A stretch of 64,000 nt of DNA from NCBI GenBank assembly GCA_043799405.1, contig JAZDNT010000003.1:15461-79460 (forward strand), written 5' to 3'. The stretch is from Candidatus Kerfeldbacteria bacterium. Its GTDB lineage: Bacteria > Patescibacteriota > Patescibacteriia > SBBC01. Both the position numbers and the translations under genes were made by a program. The notes under the pieces were generated by a model. It ran no database searches, was not told the DNA's origin, and saw only the letters and a program-made list of their open reading frames with translations. Shown one piece after another: positions 37,401 through 45,749 of this stretch (position 1 is its first letter; the number at the start of each line of letters is the position of its first letter).

Positions 37401-40400
37401 CCCGGCGTTCTCCGCCGACTGTACGGGTTCACTAAGCGTTGGCGAGCATAAGTACTGTGTCGTTACGAACACAGCGATCGCTCCGCAGCTCGTCGTTATA
37501 AAGCACGTCATCAACGACAACGGCGGGACAAAAGAGGCTGATGACTTCACGATGAACGTCACAGGAACACATCCGTCGCCCGCATCCTTCCCCGGCAGTG
37601 AAGCTGGAACCTCAGTTACCATTGATCTCGGTTCATTCAGCGTGGACGAGAACTACGATGCCGGCTATGCAAAGTCCTTCAGCGGAGACTGCAGCGGCAC
37701 CATCGCTCTCGGCGAGGTGAAGTTCTGCACCATCACGAACGACGACATCGCCCCAGAGCTCACGGTCATCAAGCACGTCGTGAACGACAACGGCGGCAAC
37801 AACACGGCCCCTGACTTCACCATGAACGTCACAGGCACGAACGTCTCGGACCCGTCGTTTGCCGGAAGCGAAGCAGGAACGACCGTGACCCTGAACCAGG
37901 GTTCGTACGGCGTCGATGAGTCACCTTTCTCGGGCTACACGAAGACGCTCGGAACCGACTGTGTCGGAACGATCAACGTCGGCGAGCACAAGTACTGCAC
38001 GATCACGAACGACGACCAGTCTGCTTCGATCACGTTGATCAAGTCCGTCACGAACAACAACGGCGGAACAGCAGGCGTCAATGACTTCGGCCTGACAATC
38101 GGCGGAACACCGGTGAACTCTGGTGATACGCTGAACGTCAACGCCAATGCGGCCATAGCCCTCAATGAAGCAGGGCTCTTCGGCTACAACTTCGTCTCGC
38201 TCACTGGCAACGCAAAGTGCCCGACAGTACTCGGCGGTACAGCAACACTCAACGAAGGCGAGCACGTCACCTGCACGATCACGAATGATGATATAGCCCC
38301 ACAGCTAACTGTCATCAAGTACGTCTCCAACAACCACGGCGGCAATAATGTCCCGGCCGATTTCACCATGAACGTGACCGGTACCAACGTGTCCGATCCC
38401 TCGTTCCCGGGTGATGATGCCGGCACTACCGTCACGCTCGACGCTGGTAGTTATGCGGTCGATGAAACTGGACCGTCTGGATACACAGCAAATAAATCTC
38501 CGGATTGTACTGGTTCAATCGCCGTCGGTCAGCACAAAACCTGTACCATCATCAACTGGGACATCGCGCCGATGATCACCCTTAACAAAGTGGTGAACAA
38601 CAACCATGGCGGCACCGCGGATGTTAATGACTTCGGTCTGACTGTCGGTGGCACGTCGGTTGATTCTGGCCAGACGATTCATGTCAACTCAAATACCCCG
38701 ATCGCACTGGATGAAGCCGGCTTATTCGGTTACCAGTTTGTATCGATCAGTGGTGATGCTGGATGCCCGTCAGTACTGGGCGGTACGGTCACTCTAAACG
38801 AAGGCGAGTACATCACCTGCACGATCACGAACGAGGATGTCCAACCGACACTGACAGTTACGAAGGTTGTGAACAACAACCACGGCGGCAACGCAGTGGT
38901 CGGAGACTTCCCGCTGTTCGTCGGCACAACCTCAGTAACGAGCGGCACGCAGAACGGCTTCAACGCTGGCGCGTACCTCGTTTCTGAATCGCAGCAAACC
39001 GGCTATACCCTCGTTTCTATCACTGGAGACTGCGATACAAACGGCAACGTTTCGCTTGCGGTCGGTGAGAACAAGGCTTGTACGATCACGAATGAGGACA
39101 TCGCCCCGAGGATCACGCTTATCAAGGATGTGATCAAGGACAACGGCGGAACAGCCGGAGTAAACGACTTCGGTCTCACGATTGGCGGAACACCGATGAA
39201 CTCTGGTGATACGCTAGACGTTAACGCGAATACACCGATCGCACTCAATGAAGCCGGCCTCACGGGCTACAGCTTCGTCAACATCACTGGCGACGAAGAG
39301 TGTCCGTCAGTCCTTGGCGGAACAGTAACGCTCGATGAAAGTGCTGCTATTACCTGCACGATCCACAACGATGATATTGCACCGCAACTCAACGTTGTGA
39401 AGCACGTCGTACTGAACGGGTATGAACAGCATTCTGCCGCTGACTTCACCATGAATGTCACAGGCGCGAACGTCTCGAACCCGTCGTTTGCTGGCAGTGA
39501 ATCTGGTACTACAGTTACGCTCAATCAGGGTTCATACAGCGTCGATGAAGCCGGTACCCCCGTGGGTTATACGAAGTCCTTGAGCGCTGACTGCTCAGGT
39601 ACGATCTACGTCGGCAACACAAAGACCTGCACGATCGAAAATACCCGCGACACGGGTACAATCATCGTCCACAAGCAGATCGACACGAACGGCGATGGCA
39701 CCGTTGATGTGACTGATGACGCCGTTGCTACTAGCACCTACGGCTTCATGTGGTCGCTCGACGGCGGCGCAACGAACCGCAACATGGGTTCGAACGCGAC
39801 CGTAACGACCCTCGATACACACACGGTCAGCGAAAACACCGTCCCGAACTACCACTACGTCGGATACTTCATCGGTGAAGGCACGTGCAACGATCCATCG
39901 GTCCAGCAGCTGCCGGTAAGCTTCACCGTTGCTAAGAATGGTGAAACCCACGTCACGCTCTGCAATGCGCGCGACACCGGTACGCTCATCGTCAAGAAGC
40001 ACGTCATTAACAACGATGGCGGACAGAAGGTCGCGATCGACTTCACTATGGACATTGCCGGCGTTACCGTTCTTGGTACTTCGTCATTCCCTGGTGAAGA
40101 GGCCGGAACGACACGTACGGTCACGACCGGAGTATACAACGTCACGGAGACTCAGCTGCCCGGATACACCGCGAGCTTCTCTGCTGACTGTGCGGGAACC
40201 CTCGCATTCGGCGAAACTAAGACCTGCACGATCACGAATGACGACATTGTCTCAACGATCGGTCTTGTAAAGACTGCAACACCAGCAGTCGTGAGCGCTG
40301 GCGGAAATATAACGTACACGCTTGCATGGTCAGTCACCGGCGTAAACCCGGTCCACGACGCGATCATCACCGATCCGATCCCTGCGAACACCACGTTCGT

Positions 40401-41460
40401 AACGGCAGGATGCGGAACGACAACAGGAACCTGCACGATCAATTCTGCAACGTCGACCGTTAGCTGGAGCCTCGGCACCCGTAACGCGGGCGAATCCGGA
40501 ACGGTTACACTCGTCGTGAAGACTGCATCCCCGATTACGAATGGCACAGTGATTACCAACACAGGAACCTTCGACACGACGGAAACCCCGCCGGTCACCT
40601 CGACCGCGGTTACGCCGGTCACCTCGGCTCCTGACCTCACGATCGTAAAGACGGTTAGCGTCGCTCCCCCGTCGTTCACCAATCCAGGTAAAGCAGTGAC
40701 CTACACAGTCGTCGTGACCAATAAGGCAACCGCGACCGACACGGCGAAGAACGTCGTCCTCACCGATACGCTCCCCGCAGGGTTCACCTTTGCTTCAGAC
40801 GGAACGACAACGAAGAGCTTCCCGATCGGTAACCTCGCTCCGGGGCAATCAGCGACCGTCACGTACCTCGTGAACATCAGCGGTACGCAAACGGCAGGCA
40901 CGTACAACAACTTCGCAAAAGCGAAGGGTGATAACACATCGGAAGTAACCGCTGTTGCGCCTGTCGAGGTACGTATACCGACCGTACTCGCAGCGACGTC
41001 TCCTGACCTCACGATCACTAAGGTCGCGAACAAGAAAACGGTCAAACCGAAGGACATCGTCACCTACGCCATTACGATCAAGAACATCGGTGATGGCGAT
41101 GCGACCAATGTCGTTGTAACGGATACGCTCCCGAGTGGCCTCTCATACGTCAATATCACTGGTAAAGTCGCGACCTGGTACCTCGGCACGCTCAAACCTG
41201 GCCATACGCGCGAGATCAACGTCGACGTACGCGTGAACTCGACAGCCAAGGAAGGGAACTACACGAACGTCGCGACCGTTACGGCAGACGACGTGCCGCA
41301 GAAAGAAGCACAAGCGACCGTTACGGTCCCGAAGGTCCTCGGTCTTGCAACGACCGGTATCGGCTTCAGGGATTACCTGATCATGCTTCTAGGCGTAGTA
41401 CTCGTGGCTGTCGGAGCCCTTGGCCTCCGCTCACGCGAACGACAGGGCGTCACCGCGTAA
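34492..41460 (+). CDS. giant LAxTG-anchored repeat adhesin (2322 aa)
   Basis: N-terminus is similar to the 915-aa protein (KKSF..K.LS.VVGV.TV.NVS). About 15 tandem ~95-aa two-Cys repeats of two types (..LTVxKxVxNDNGGxxxxxDFTMNVTG..CTITNDD and ..ITLIKxVxNNxGGTAGVNDFGLTIGG..CTITNxD). C-terminal DUF11-type domains, then VLGLATTG + TM + RSRERQ. Confidence 0.9.
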   Translation: MTINFIQKKSFKEKFGKALSIVVGVTTVLNVSMVWALVPTAQAVPPPLPNFAAVSWSPYQLNGHNVTDYEDNVCGINDSSHGPANVAPDSVDLASNAIPDPCPPGQNPGTAPTLFTGADADYFYFRVRLADTPLSPGGGAKYDSYHWDVLIDTNNDHYSNYVFDLFGTSSVFGSGSTRKGALGLYKNDPNAQTYDPNVPANVVWQAEASATTDLYTNLSVTPENALQYFLDLALPKSVAPFTSYANLFASTSASNTDPLQKDWMSNEAFFLELTQHKSVVNLTRPGALTVSNPVKPGDTLRYTLTVANTGTIAAPAYIVTDDLSDLVDYTGAPFNISNTGSYNGTTHFISWPAVTINPATTITRTFDVTVKPYTEWPGSGDFDITNVYGDRIDLKLCNLTITKSVNKTSVQPGDQITYTVNYSNTGTANCTGTGVRIDDAIPAGSTYVNGSNTQNVTGDTDGQGIDFGYGDTKFSGFANPTGYNGTYVSWNAHTVSPGESGTVTFKVTANALAECGQADITNKAKIYSDQFTAGIESNMVTTHSTADCFTTLTVIKHVVNDNGGTKNASDFQLHISGTVGNHDVTGAEAPGVTVNVNPGTYNVTEDPVYGYAASYSANCSGTLNPGDDKVCTVTNNDIQPKLTVTKVVVNDNGGTKQVSDFPLFVGTASVTSGVENGFNAGPYVVSETQQFGYDSAITGDCDTNGNVRLSVGDDKHCTITNDDIAPLLTVTKTVVNDNGGNNSAPDFTMNVTGTNVSNPSFAGSEAGTTVTLDQGSYGVDESPFSGYTKTLGTDCVGTISVGEHKYCTITNDDQSASITLIKSVTNNNGGTAGVNDFGLTIGGIAVNSGDTRNVNANTAIALNEAGLFGYNFVSLTGDAKCPTVLGGTATLNEGEHITCTITNDDVAPLLTVTKYVNNSNGGTAVPSDFTMNVTGSSPAPASFPGSSTGTLVVLNTGSYNVTESGPSGYSPAFSADCTGSLSVGEHKYCVVTNTAIAPQLVVIKHVINDNGGTKEADDFTMNVTGTHPSPASFPGSEAGTSVTIDLGSFSVDENYDAGYAKSFSGDCSGTIALGEVKFCTITNDDIAPELTVIKHVVNDNGGNNTAPDFTMNVTGTNVSDPSFAGSEAGTTVTLNQGSYGVDESPFSGYTKTLGTDCVGTINVGEHKYCTITNDDQSASITLIKSVTNNNGGTAGVNDFGLTIGGTPVNSGDTLNVNANAAIALNEAGLFGYNFVSLTGNAKCPTVLGGTATLNEGEHVTCTITNDDIAPQLTVIKYVSNNHGGNNVPADFTMNVTGTNVSDPSFPGDDAGTTVTLDAGSYAVDETGPSGYTANKSPDCTGSIAVGQHKTCTIINWDIAPMITLNKVVNNNHGGTADVNDFGLTVGGTSVDSGQTIHVNSNTPIALDEAGLFGYQFVSISGDAGCPSVLGGTVTLNEGEYITCTITNEDVQPTLTVTKVVNNNHGGNAVVGDFPLFVGTTSVTSGTQNGFNAGAYLVSESQQTGYTLVSITGDCDTNGNVSLAVGENKACTITNEDIAPRITLIKDVIKDNGGTAGVNDFGLTIGGTPMNSGDTLDVNANTPIALNEAGLTGYSFVNITGDEECPSVLGGTVTLDESAAITCTIHNDDIAPQLNVVKHVVLNGYEQHSAADFTMNVTGANVSNPSFAGSESGTTVTLNQGSYSVDEAGTPVGYTKSLSADCSGTIYVGNTKTCTIENTRDTGTIIVHKQIDTNGDGTVDVTDDAVATSTYGFMWSLDGGATNRNMGSNATVTTLDTHTVSENTVPNYHYVGYFIGEGTCNDPSVQQLPVSFTVAKNGETHVTLCNARDTGTLIVKKHVINNDGGQKVAIDFTMDIAGVTVLGTSSFPGEEAGTTRTVTTGVYNVTETQLPGYTASFSADCAGTLAFGETKTCTITNDDIVSTIGLVKTATPAVVSAGGNITYTLAWSVTGVNPVHDAIITDPIPANTTFVTAGCGTTTGTCTINSATSTVSWSLGTRNAGESGTVTLVVKTASPITNGTVITNTGTFDTTETPPVTSTAVTPVTSAPDLTIVKTVSVAPPSFTNPGKAVTYTVVVTNKATATDTAKNVVLTDTLPAGFTFASDGTTTKSFPIGNLAPGQSATVTYLVNISGTQTAGTYNNFAKAKGDNTSEVTAVAPVEVRIPTVLAATSPDLTITKVANKKTVKPKDIVTYAITIKNIGDGDATNVVVTDTLPSGLSYVNITGKVATWYLGTLKPGHTREINVDVRVNSTAKEGNYTNVATVTADDVPQKEAQATVTVPKVLGLATTGIGFRDYLIMLLGVVLVAVGALGLRSRERQGVTA
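36655..37205 (+). repeat. ~550-nt block, near-identical copy A (partner 37741-38291, offset 1086 nt)
   Basis: GACGACATTGCCCC... vs GACGACATCGCCCC.... The encoded peptides differ at only a few positions. Antisense track ORFs 36849-37079 and 37935-38165 are almost identical. Confidence 0.85.
37741..38291 (+). repeat. ~550-nt block, near-identical copy B
   Basis: See 36655-37205. Confidence 0.85.
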
Positions 41461-41477
41461 ACCCATTGCAAAAATCA

Positions 41478-41518
41478 GGGGGATTCGGTAGCATCGTAAG
41501 TGTACTACCGGATCCCCC
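41478..41518 (+). terminator. hairpin terminator after the giant adhesin gene
   Basis: GGGGGATTCGGTAG-13 nt-CTACCGGATCCCCC. Confidence 0.55.
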
Positions 41519-41570
41519 GCAGGGGATACGAAAAACCAATCAACTTGATTAATCAGGGAGGAAACGACAT

Positions 41571-42236
41571 ATGACCAAAAACCACCTACGCCTCATAACC
41601 GCAGTCCTCAGCATCATCGGGATCGTCGGGATCGCAGCGAACGCATATGGCGAAGAGCCGCTTGTGCCGGGTGACAAAATTCTGCTTTTAAAGCCGACAC
41701 TTGTTGTATCTAACGAGGCCGATCTTTCTGTCGCTAAACCTGGAGACCTCGTTACCTATACGGTCACGATCATGAACGTCGGCAGTGGCGCAGCGACGTC
41801 AGTAATGCTCCATGCGGTACTCCCAGAAGGCTTTACGCTTTCAACGGACGGAGCAGCGACGTACGACTATACGTTCCTTGCGCTCCTTGAACCCGGAACG
41901 AAGGTCGCGGCGTCGTACACCGCAAAGATCGGCGATGGCGTGGTTCCTGGTACCTATACGAGCAATGCGACCGTAACCGCGGCATCTGTCGATCCGCTCA
42001 CCTCGGCAGCATCGGTCATGGTAAAACAGCCGGAAGTCCTTGGTATCCAGGAGGAAATCGCGCCGCCCGTCGATTTCACTGTTCCGGCAGTCTCCATTCC
42101 GCGACCGCAGGTTCTCGGAGTATCAGATGAGCTCGCAGCGACCGGACTCGGCCAGCTTGACGTACTGATCGCGTTCCTCGGGTCATGCTTTGTCGCTGTT
42201 GGCGTGTTCGGACTTCTACGGACCGTGCGAGCGTAA
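41571..42236 (+). CDS. small LAxTG-anchored DUF11-domain surface protein (221 aa), possible pilin-like subunit
   Basis: Signal peptide. ADLSVAKPGDLVTYTVTIMNVGSGAATSVMLHAVLPEGF. C-terminus is LAATG + hydrophobic helix + RTVRA. Confidence 0.8.
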   Translation: MTKNHLRLITAVLSIIGIVGIAANAYGEEPLVPGDKILLLKPTLVVSNEADLSVAKPGDLVTYTVTIMNVGSGAATSVMLHAVLPEGFTLSTDGAATYDYTFLALLEPGTKVAASYTAKIGDGVVPGTYTSNATVTAASVDPLTSAASVMVKQPEVLGIQEEIAPPVDFTVPAVSIPRPQVLGVSDELAATGLGQLDVLIAFLGSCFVAVGVFGLLRTVRA

Positions 42237-42293
42237 CGCTCGCAAACCAACGAAGCTTCAGAGGGACTGCCTAACGATGACGATGCTCGTACC

Positions 42294-42935
42294 ATGAGAA
42301 CACAGGTGGGTCCCCTGTCTCGCTGGTGGTGGCGGATATCGAAAAAAACGAGAATCGCCCTATCGGTAACCTCGATCATCCTCGGTATCGTCATCCTTGC
42401 GATACCATTCTCCCCGTGGATCCTCTTCCATACCTTCAAACCCTCGCCGGTATACCCCTACCCGACGAAGCTATCGGGTACGTCGTACCTTCCCGCCATA
42501 CCTGACAAACAGAAAGAGCCATCTTCGCAGCAGCTTCCAAAAGGCAACAGGCTCGTCATTCCAAAGATCGGCGTCGACGTCGAGATCGTCGAGGGAAAGG
42601 ACGAACGCGCGCTCTACCGGGGTATCTGGCACTATCCAACAAGTTCAATACCTGAGAGAGGCGGTAACACCGTACTGACCGGTCACCGATTCCAATACCT
42701 TGCCGGTCCTCGAACCCTCTACCTCCTTGACCAGATGCATGTCGGCGACGTCATCATCGTATACTGGAAAGGTACGGAGTACGACTATACGGTTCGACAG
42801 AGAAAAATCGTAAATCCTACCGCGGTAGAAGTACTCGACAATACGCCGAATGCCCAGCTCACCATCTTCACCTGTACGCCGCTCTTCTCTACGAAACAAC
42901 GTCTTGTCCTCATAGCAGATCCAATTAATACCTAA
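42294..42935 (+). CDS. sortase (class E-like)
   Basis: N-terminal TM. Catalytic His in VLTGHR, Cys in LTIFTCTP (TLxTC), Arg in KQRLVLIA. The neighbouring substrates carry LAxTG, the motif reported for class E sortases. Confidence 0.85.
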   Translation: MRTQVGPLSRWWWRISKKTRIALSVTSIILGIVILAIPFSPWILFHTFKPSPVYPYPTKLSGTSYLPAIPDKQKEPSSQQLPKGNRLVIPKIGVDVEIVEGKDERALYRGIWHYPTSSIPERGGNTVLTGHRFQYLAGPRTLYLLDQMHVGDVIIVYWKGTEYDYTVRQRKIVNPTAVEVLDNTPNAQLTIFTCTPLFSTKQRLVLIADPINT

Positions 42936-42945
42936 GGAACACTTT

Positions 42946-43983
42946 ATGCGACTACGTACCCTCGGAGGGATCACTATCGCTCTTGTCGTCGGTTGTGTGG
43001 TGTTTATTCATCCCGTTCGTGCTATTGGGCCGATCGTTAAGATAACCATATCTCCAGCAACAGTTGAGCTCTCCGCAGGATCGAGTAAGGCGTTTACATC
43101 GCAGGGGCAGGACGCCTCTGGCGCAACGACGGATTTTACGGTGAACACCGTTTTCACGACGACCGATCCCCTCGGAACGGTTTTAGCGGCCACGTATTCC
43201 CCCGGAAAGGCCGGTTCCTGGGTTGTCACGGCAACCTATAATGATCTCAGCGCTGACGCGCAGGTAACGGTAACGCCAGGACCGGTCAAAGAGATAGCGA
43301 TCAATCCAAACTCAGAACCGGAGTATGTGATGAAGGGGAAGACCAGAACCTTTACGGGTGAAGCGTTTGACGCATTCAACAACGCTGTTGATGTCGCGCC
43401 AATCGAGTGGACGATCGATGGAGATATTGGATCGCTCACTGCCATCAACAAAACTGCAACGCGGTTTACGGCAAAAGAAACCGGTAGCGGCAGCCTCACC
43501 GCTTTTAGCGGCGACGCACGCAGCACCATAGACATCGTCGTAACAAAACCCGTCGTTACGAATACTAACGCAAATACGAACGCTGCAACGACAAACAAAA
43601 ACGCCAGCGCGAATGCCTCGAACGCGAACAGCAACACGAACAGCGAGACCATCGTACCTGTCAATGAAAATACGAATGCGTCGCCTTCTTCGACGACTTC
43701 CTCGTCCTGCAAGGCGTGGTCGCGGTCAGTGTGGCTATGGATATTCATCGGCTACCTCGTCCTTCTCATGCTCAGTCTCTACCCGATCAGGAAAATGCGG
43801 CTGATCTGGTGGTGGGTTGCGCCTCTCATTCTGACAATTGCCGCTCTCTGGATCTACTTCCAGTTCCGATGCTACCCGGTATACCCCGCTCTCCCCTACC
43901 TCATCCTTCTCGGCGGCATTATCGCGACATCGTGGTACAACTGGCAACGAACTGCTCCGCCTGTCCAGAGGTTACCGATGTAA
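42946..43983 (+). CDS. membrane protein with two Big_2-like Ig domains, Asn/Thr/Ala-rich linker and C-terminal multi-TM region
   Basis: ITISPATVELSAGSSKAFTSQG... and IAINPNSEPEYVMKGKTRTFTGEA... resemble bacterial Ig-like group 2 domains. Low-complexity TNTNANTNAATTNKNASANASNANSNTNS. Three to four C-terminal TM helices. Confidence 0.75.
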   Translation: MRLRTLGGITIALVVGCVVFIHPVRAIGPIVKITISPATVELSAGSSKAFTSQGQDASGATTDFTVNTVFTTTDPLGTVLAATYSPGKAGSWVVTATYNDLSADAQVTVTPGPVKEIAINPNSEPEYVMKGKTRTFTGEAFDAFNNAVDVAPIEWTIDGDIGSLTAINKTATRFTAKETGSGSLTAFSGDARSTIDIVVTKPVVTNTNANTNAATTNKNASANASNANSNTNSETIVPVNENTNASPSSTTSSSCKAWSRSVWLWIFIGYLVLLMLSLYPIRKMRLIWWWVAPLILTIAALWIYFQFRCYPVYPALPYLILLGGIIATSWYNWQRTAPPVQRLPM

Positions 43984-44004
43984 CGAACAACAGTAGAAAA
44001 CTCC

Positions 44005-44028
44005 AAACGCTCCCGAAAGGGGGCGTTT
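44005..44028 (+). terminator. GAAA-tetraloop hairpin terminator
   Basis: AAACGCTCCC-GAAA-GGGGGCGTTT. Confidence 0.55.
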
Positions 44029-44062
44029 GCGATACCTACAACCATATTGCTATACTACATTC

Positions 44063-44503
44063 GTGGAATACCCAAAAATAATACTCATTCCGATCATCGC
44101 AGGAATTATCGCGCAGGCCTCAAAGGTTGTCGTTGAAGCATTTAAAACGGGCCACATCGATCTCCGGCTCCTCAACCGCTACGGCGGCATGCCGTCGTCC
44201 CACACCGCGCTCGTCGTATCGCTCACAACGGTCGCGGGACTTATCGATGGTATCAATTCGACCGCGTTCGTCATTGCGTTCATTTTTTCGCTCGTCACGA
44301 TCCGCGATGCTATCGGTTTTAGGATGTACCTCGGTCAGCACGCATCACTCATAAACAAGCTCATCAGCGAGCTTCCAGACGCCGAAAAGATCAAATTTCC
44401 GCAACATATCATCGAACGCATCGGCCACACGCAGCTCGAAGCGCTCATGGGCGCCCTCATCGGGCTTGCCGCAACGTTCATCCTCTGGGTCATCGTTCCC
44501 TAA
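44063..44503 (+). CDS. divergent PAP2-family (acid phosphatase/vanadium-haloperoxidase-related) membrane protein
   Basis: GGMPSSHTALV motif and four TM helices. GTG at 44063 is preferred because the TTG at 44027 lies inside the upstream terminator. Start uncertain; possibly leaderless after TATACT. Confidence 0.7.
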   Translation: MEYPKIILIPIIAGIIAQASKVVVEAFKTGHIDLRLLNRYGGMPSSHTALVVSLTTVAGLIDGINSTAFVIAFIFSLVTIRDAIGFRMYLGQHASLINKLISELPDAEKIKFPQHIIERIGHTQLEALMGALIGLAATFILWVIVP

Positions 44504-44532
44504 AACCCAGAATATAGAGCGTACACGGACGT

Positions 44533-45735
44533 TCACATCGTACCGTCGAGTATATTCGACCTGCAGACCAATGCAAACCAACGCGCACTTGGACGGATCG
44601 TGCGCTGTTGAGTTTGAAAGTCGACCTCGACCAATCCGAACCGCTTCGTAAAACCCTCTCGCCACTCGAAATTATCGAGGAACGACCAATAAAAATACCC
44701 GCGTACGTCAACGCCGCATGAAATCGCTCTATAGAGCTCTTTGAGCTCATTCATGATGAACTCTCTGCGCCACTGGTCGTGTGCGTCTGCAAGCCCGTTC
44801 TCGGTGATGTAGAGCGGCATACGGTACCTCCCAAGAGACGTTAATACCTTGTACATAGCCTCCGGACAAATGCCCCATCCATAATCAGTCAACGGTTCGC
44901 CACGGGGTTCGGTGACAACCGGATGTTTCAGCGACTGCACTCGTATTCCCTGCCGGAAGTAGTGGTTCACGCCGATGAAATCGAGCTCGTTGAGGGTACG
45001 CTCGATGAACCAACGGTTGTACCACCGGTCGCAGAACCGTACCATCCAACGGTCGAGCACGGACGAAGGGCGCGCGGGTACATAGTCGATCGCGCTGTTG
45101 GCGATGCCAACCGACGACTTCGGGTTGGCGCGCTTGATCGCCGTGTATGCGAGCCGATGGGCTTCCGCCATGGTCCGGTAGACACGCAGCGCCCGCCGCC
45201 ACTGCTTCACCTCGGGCGGCCAATAACCCACGAGGTACGAGAGCAGCGCGTAGACGTTCGGTTCATTCAGCGTCATCCAGAACTTCACGTCAGGAAGAGC
45301 CCTAACGACCCGTTGCGCGTACCGAGTGAACAGTTCCGGCGCCTGTGGCGACTCCCACCCGCCGAGTTTCATGAACCACCGAGGGTTCGTAAAGTGCCAC
45401 AGCGTCACGAACGGTTCAATACTGCGCTCCTTAAGAGCACGCACGACGTTACGGTAGTGAGCAAGCGCTGCATCGTTCCATTCGCCAGGCATCGGCTCTA
45501 CCCTGCTCCACTCGATCGATAAACGATGCGCGTTATGGCCGAGCTCCTTCGCACTATCAAAATCCTCGGTGTACCGGTTCCAGTGATCACATGCTCTTCC
45601 CGAACGTTCTCCGCCCGATACCTTGCCGAGCTTTTCCCACTCGCTCCAATCGTTGCTCTGCCCGCCTTCAACCTGATGGCTCGAGGTCGCTGCACCCCAG
45701 AAAAAACCATCGGGGAACTTGAGCGTACCTGCCAT
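44533..45735 (-). CDS. GH1-family beta-glucosidase
   Basis: FPDGFFWGAATSSHQVEGG, acid/base TLNEP, nucleophile ITENG. Confidence 0.9.
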   Translation of the reverse strand: MAGTLKFPDGFFWGAATSSHQVEGGQSNDWSEWEKLGKVSGGERSGRACDHWNRYTEDFDSAKELGHNAHRLSIEWSRVEPMPGEWNDAALAHYRNVVRALKERSIEPFVTLWHFTNPRWFMKLGGWESPQAPELFTRYAQRVVRALPDVKFWMTLNEPNVYALLSYLVGYWPPEVKQWRRALRVYRTMAEAHRLAYTAIKRANPKSSVGIANSAIDYVPARPSSVLDRWMVRFCDRWYNRWFIERTLNELDFIGVNHYFRQGIRVQSLKHPVVTEPRGEPLTDYGWGICPEAMYKVLTSLGRYRMPLYITENGLADAHDQWRREFIMNELKELYRAISCGVDVRGYFYWSFLDNFEWREGFTKRFGLVEVDFQTQQRTIRPSARWFALVCRSNILDGTM

Positions 45736-45749
45736 ACAAAGATCGTCCT

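Larger units (their letters stand above)
36130..40250 (+). repeat. tandem ~280-nt coding repeats inside the giant adhesin gene
   Basis: Repeated protein units visible from CFTTLTVIKHVVNDNGG to TCTITNDDIVS. Confidence 0.85.

Noticed and set aside
34492-41460. Numerous 60-190-aa antisense and out-of-frame ORFs inside the giant adhesin gene (and likewise inside 31480-34227)
   Set aside because: They are repeat-induced shadows of the long sense frame. Identical peptides recur at the repeat period, and they have no independent start signals.
44027-44062. TTG start for the PAP2-like gene
   Set aside because: The TTG lies within the 3' arm of the upstream terminator hairpin. The in-frame GTG at 44063 follows a TATACT box. 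The start remains uncertain.
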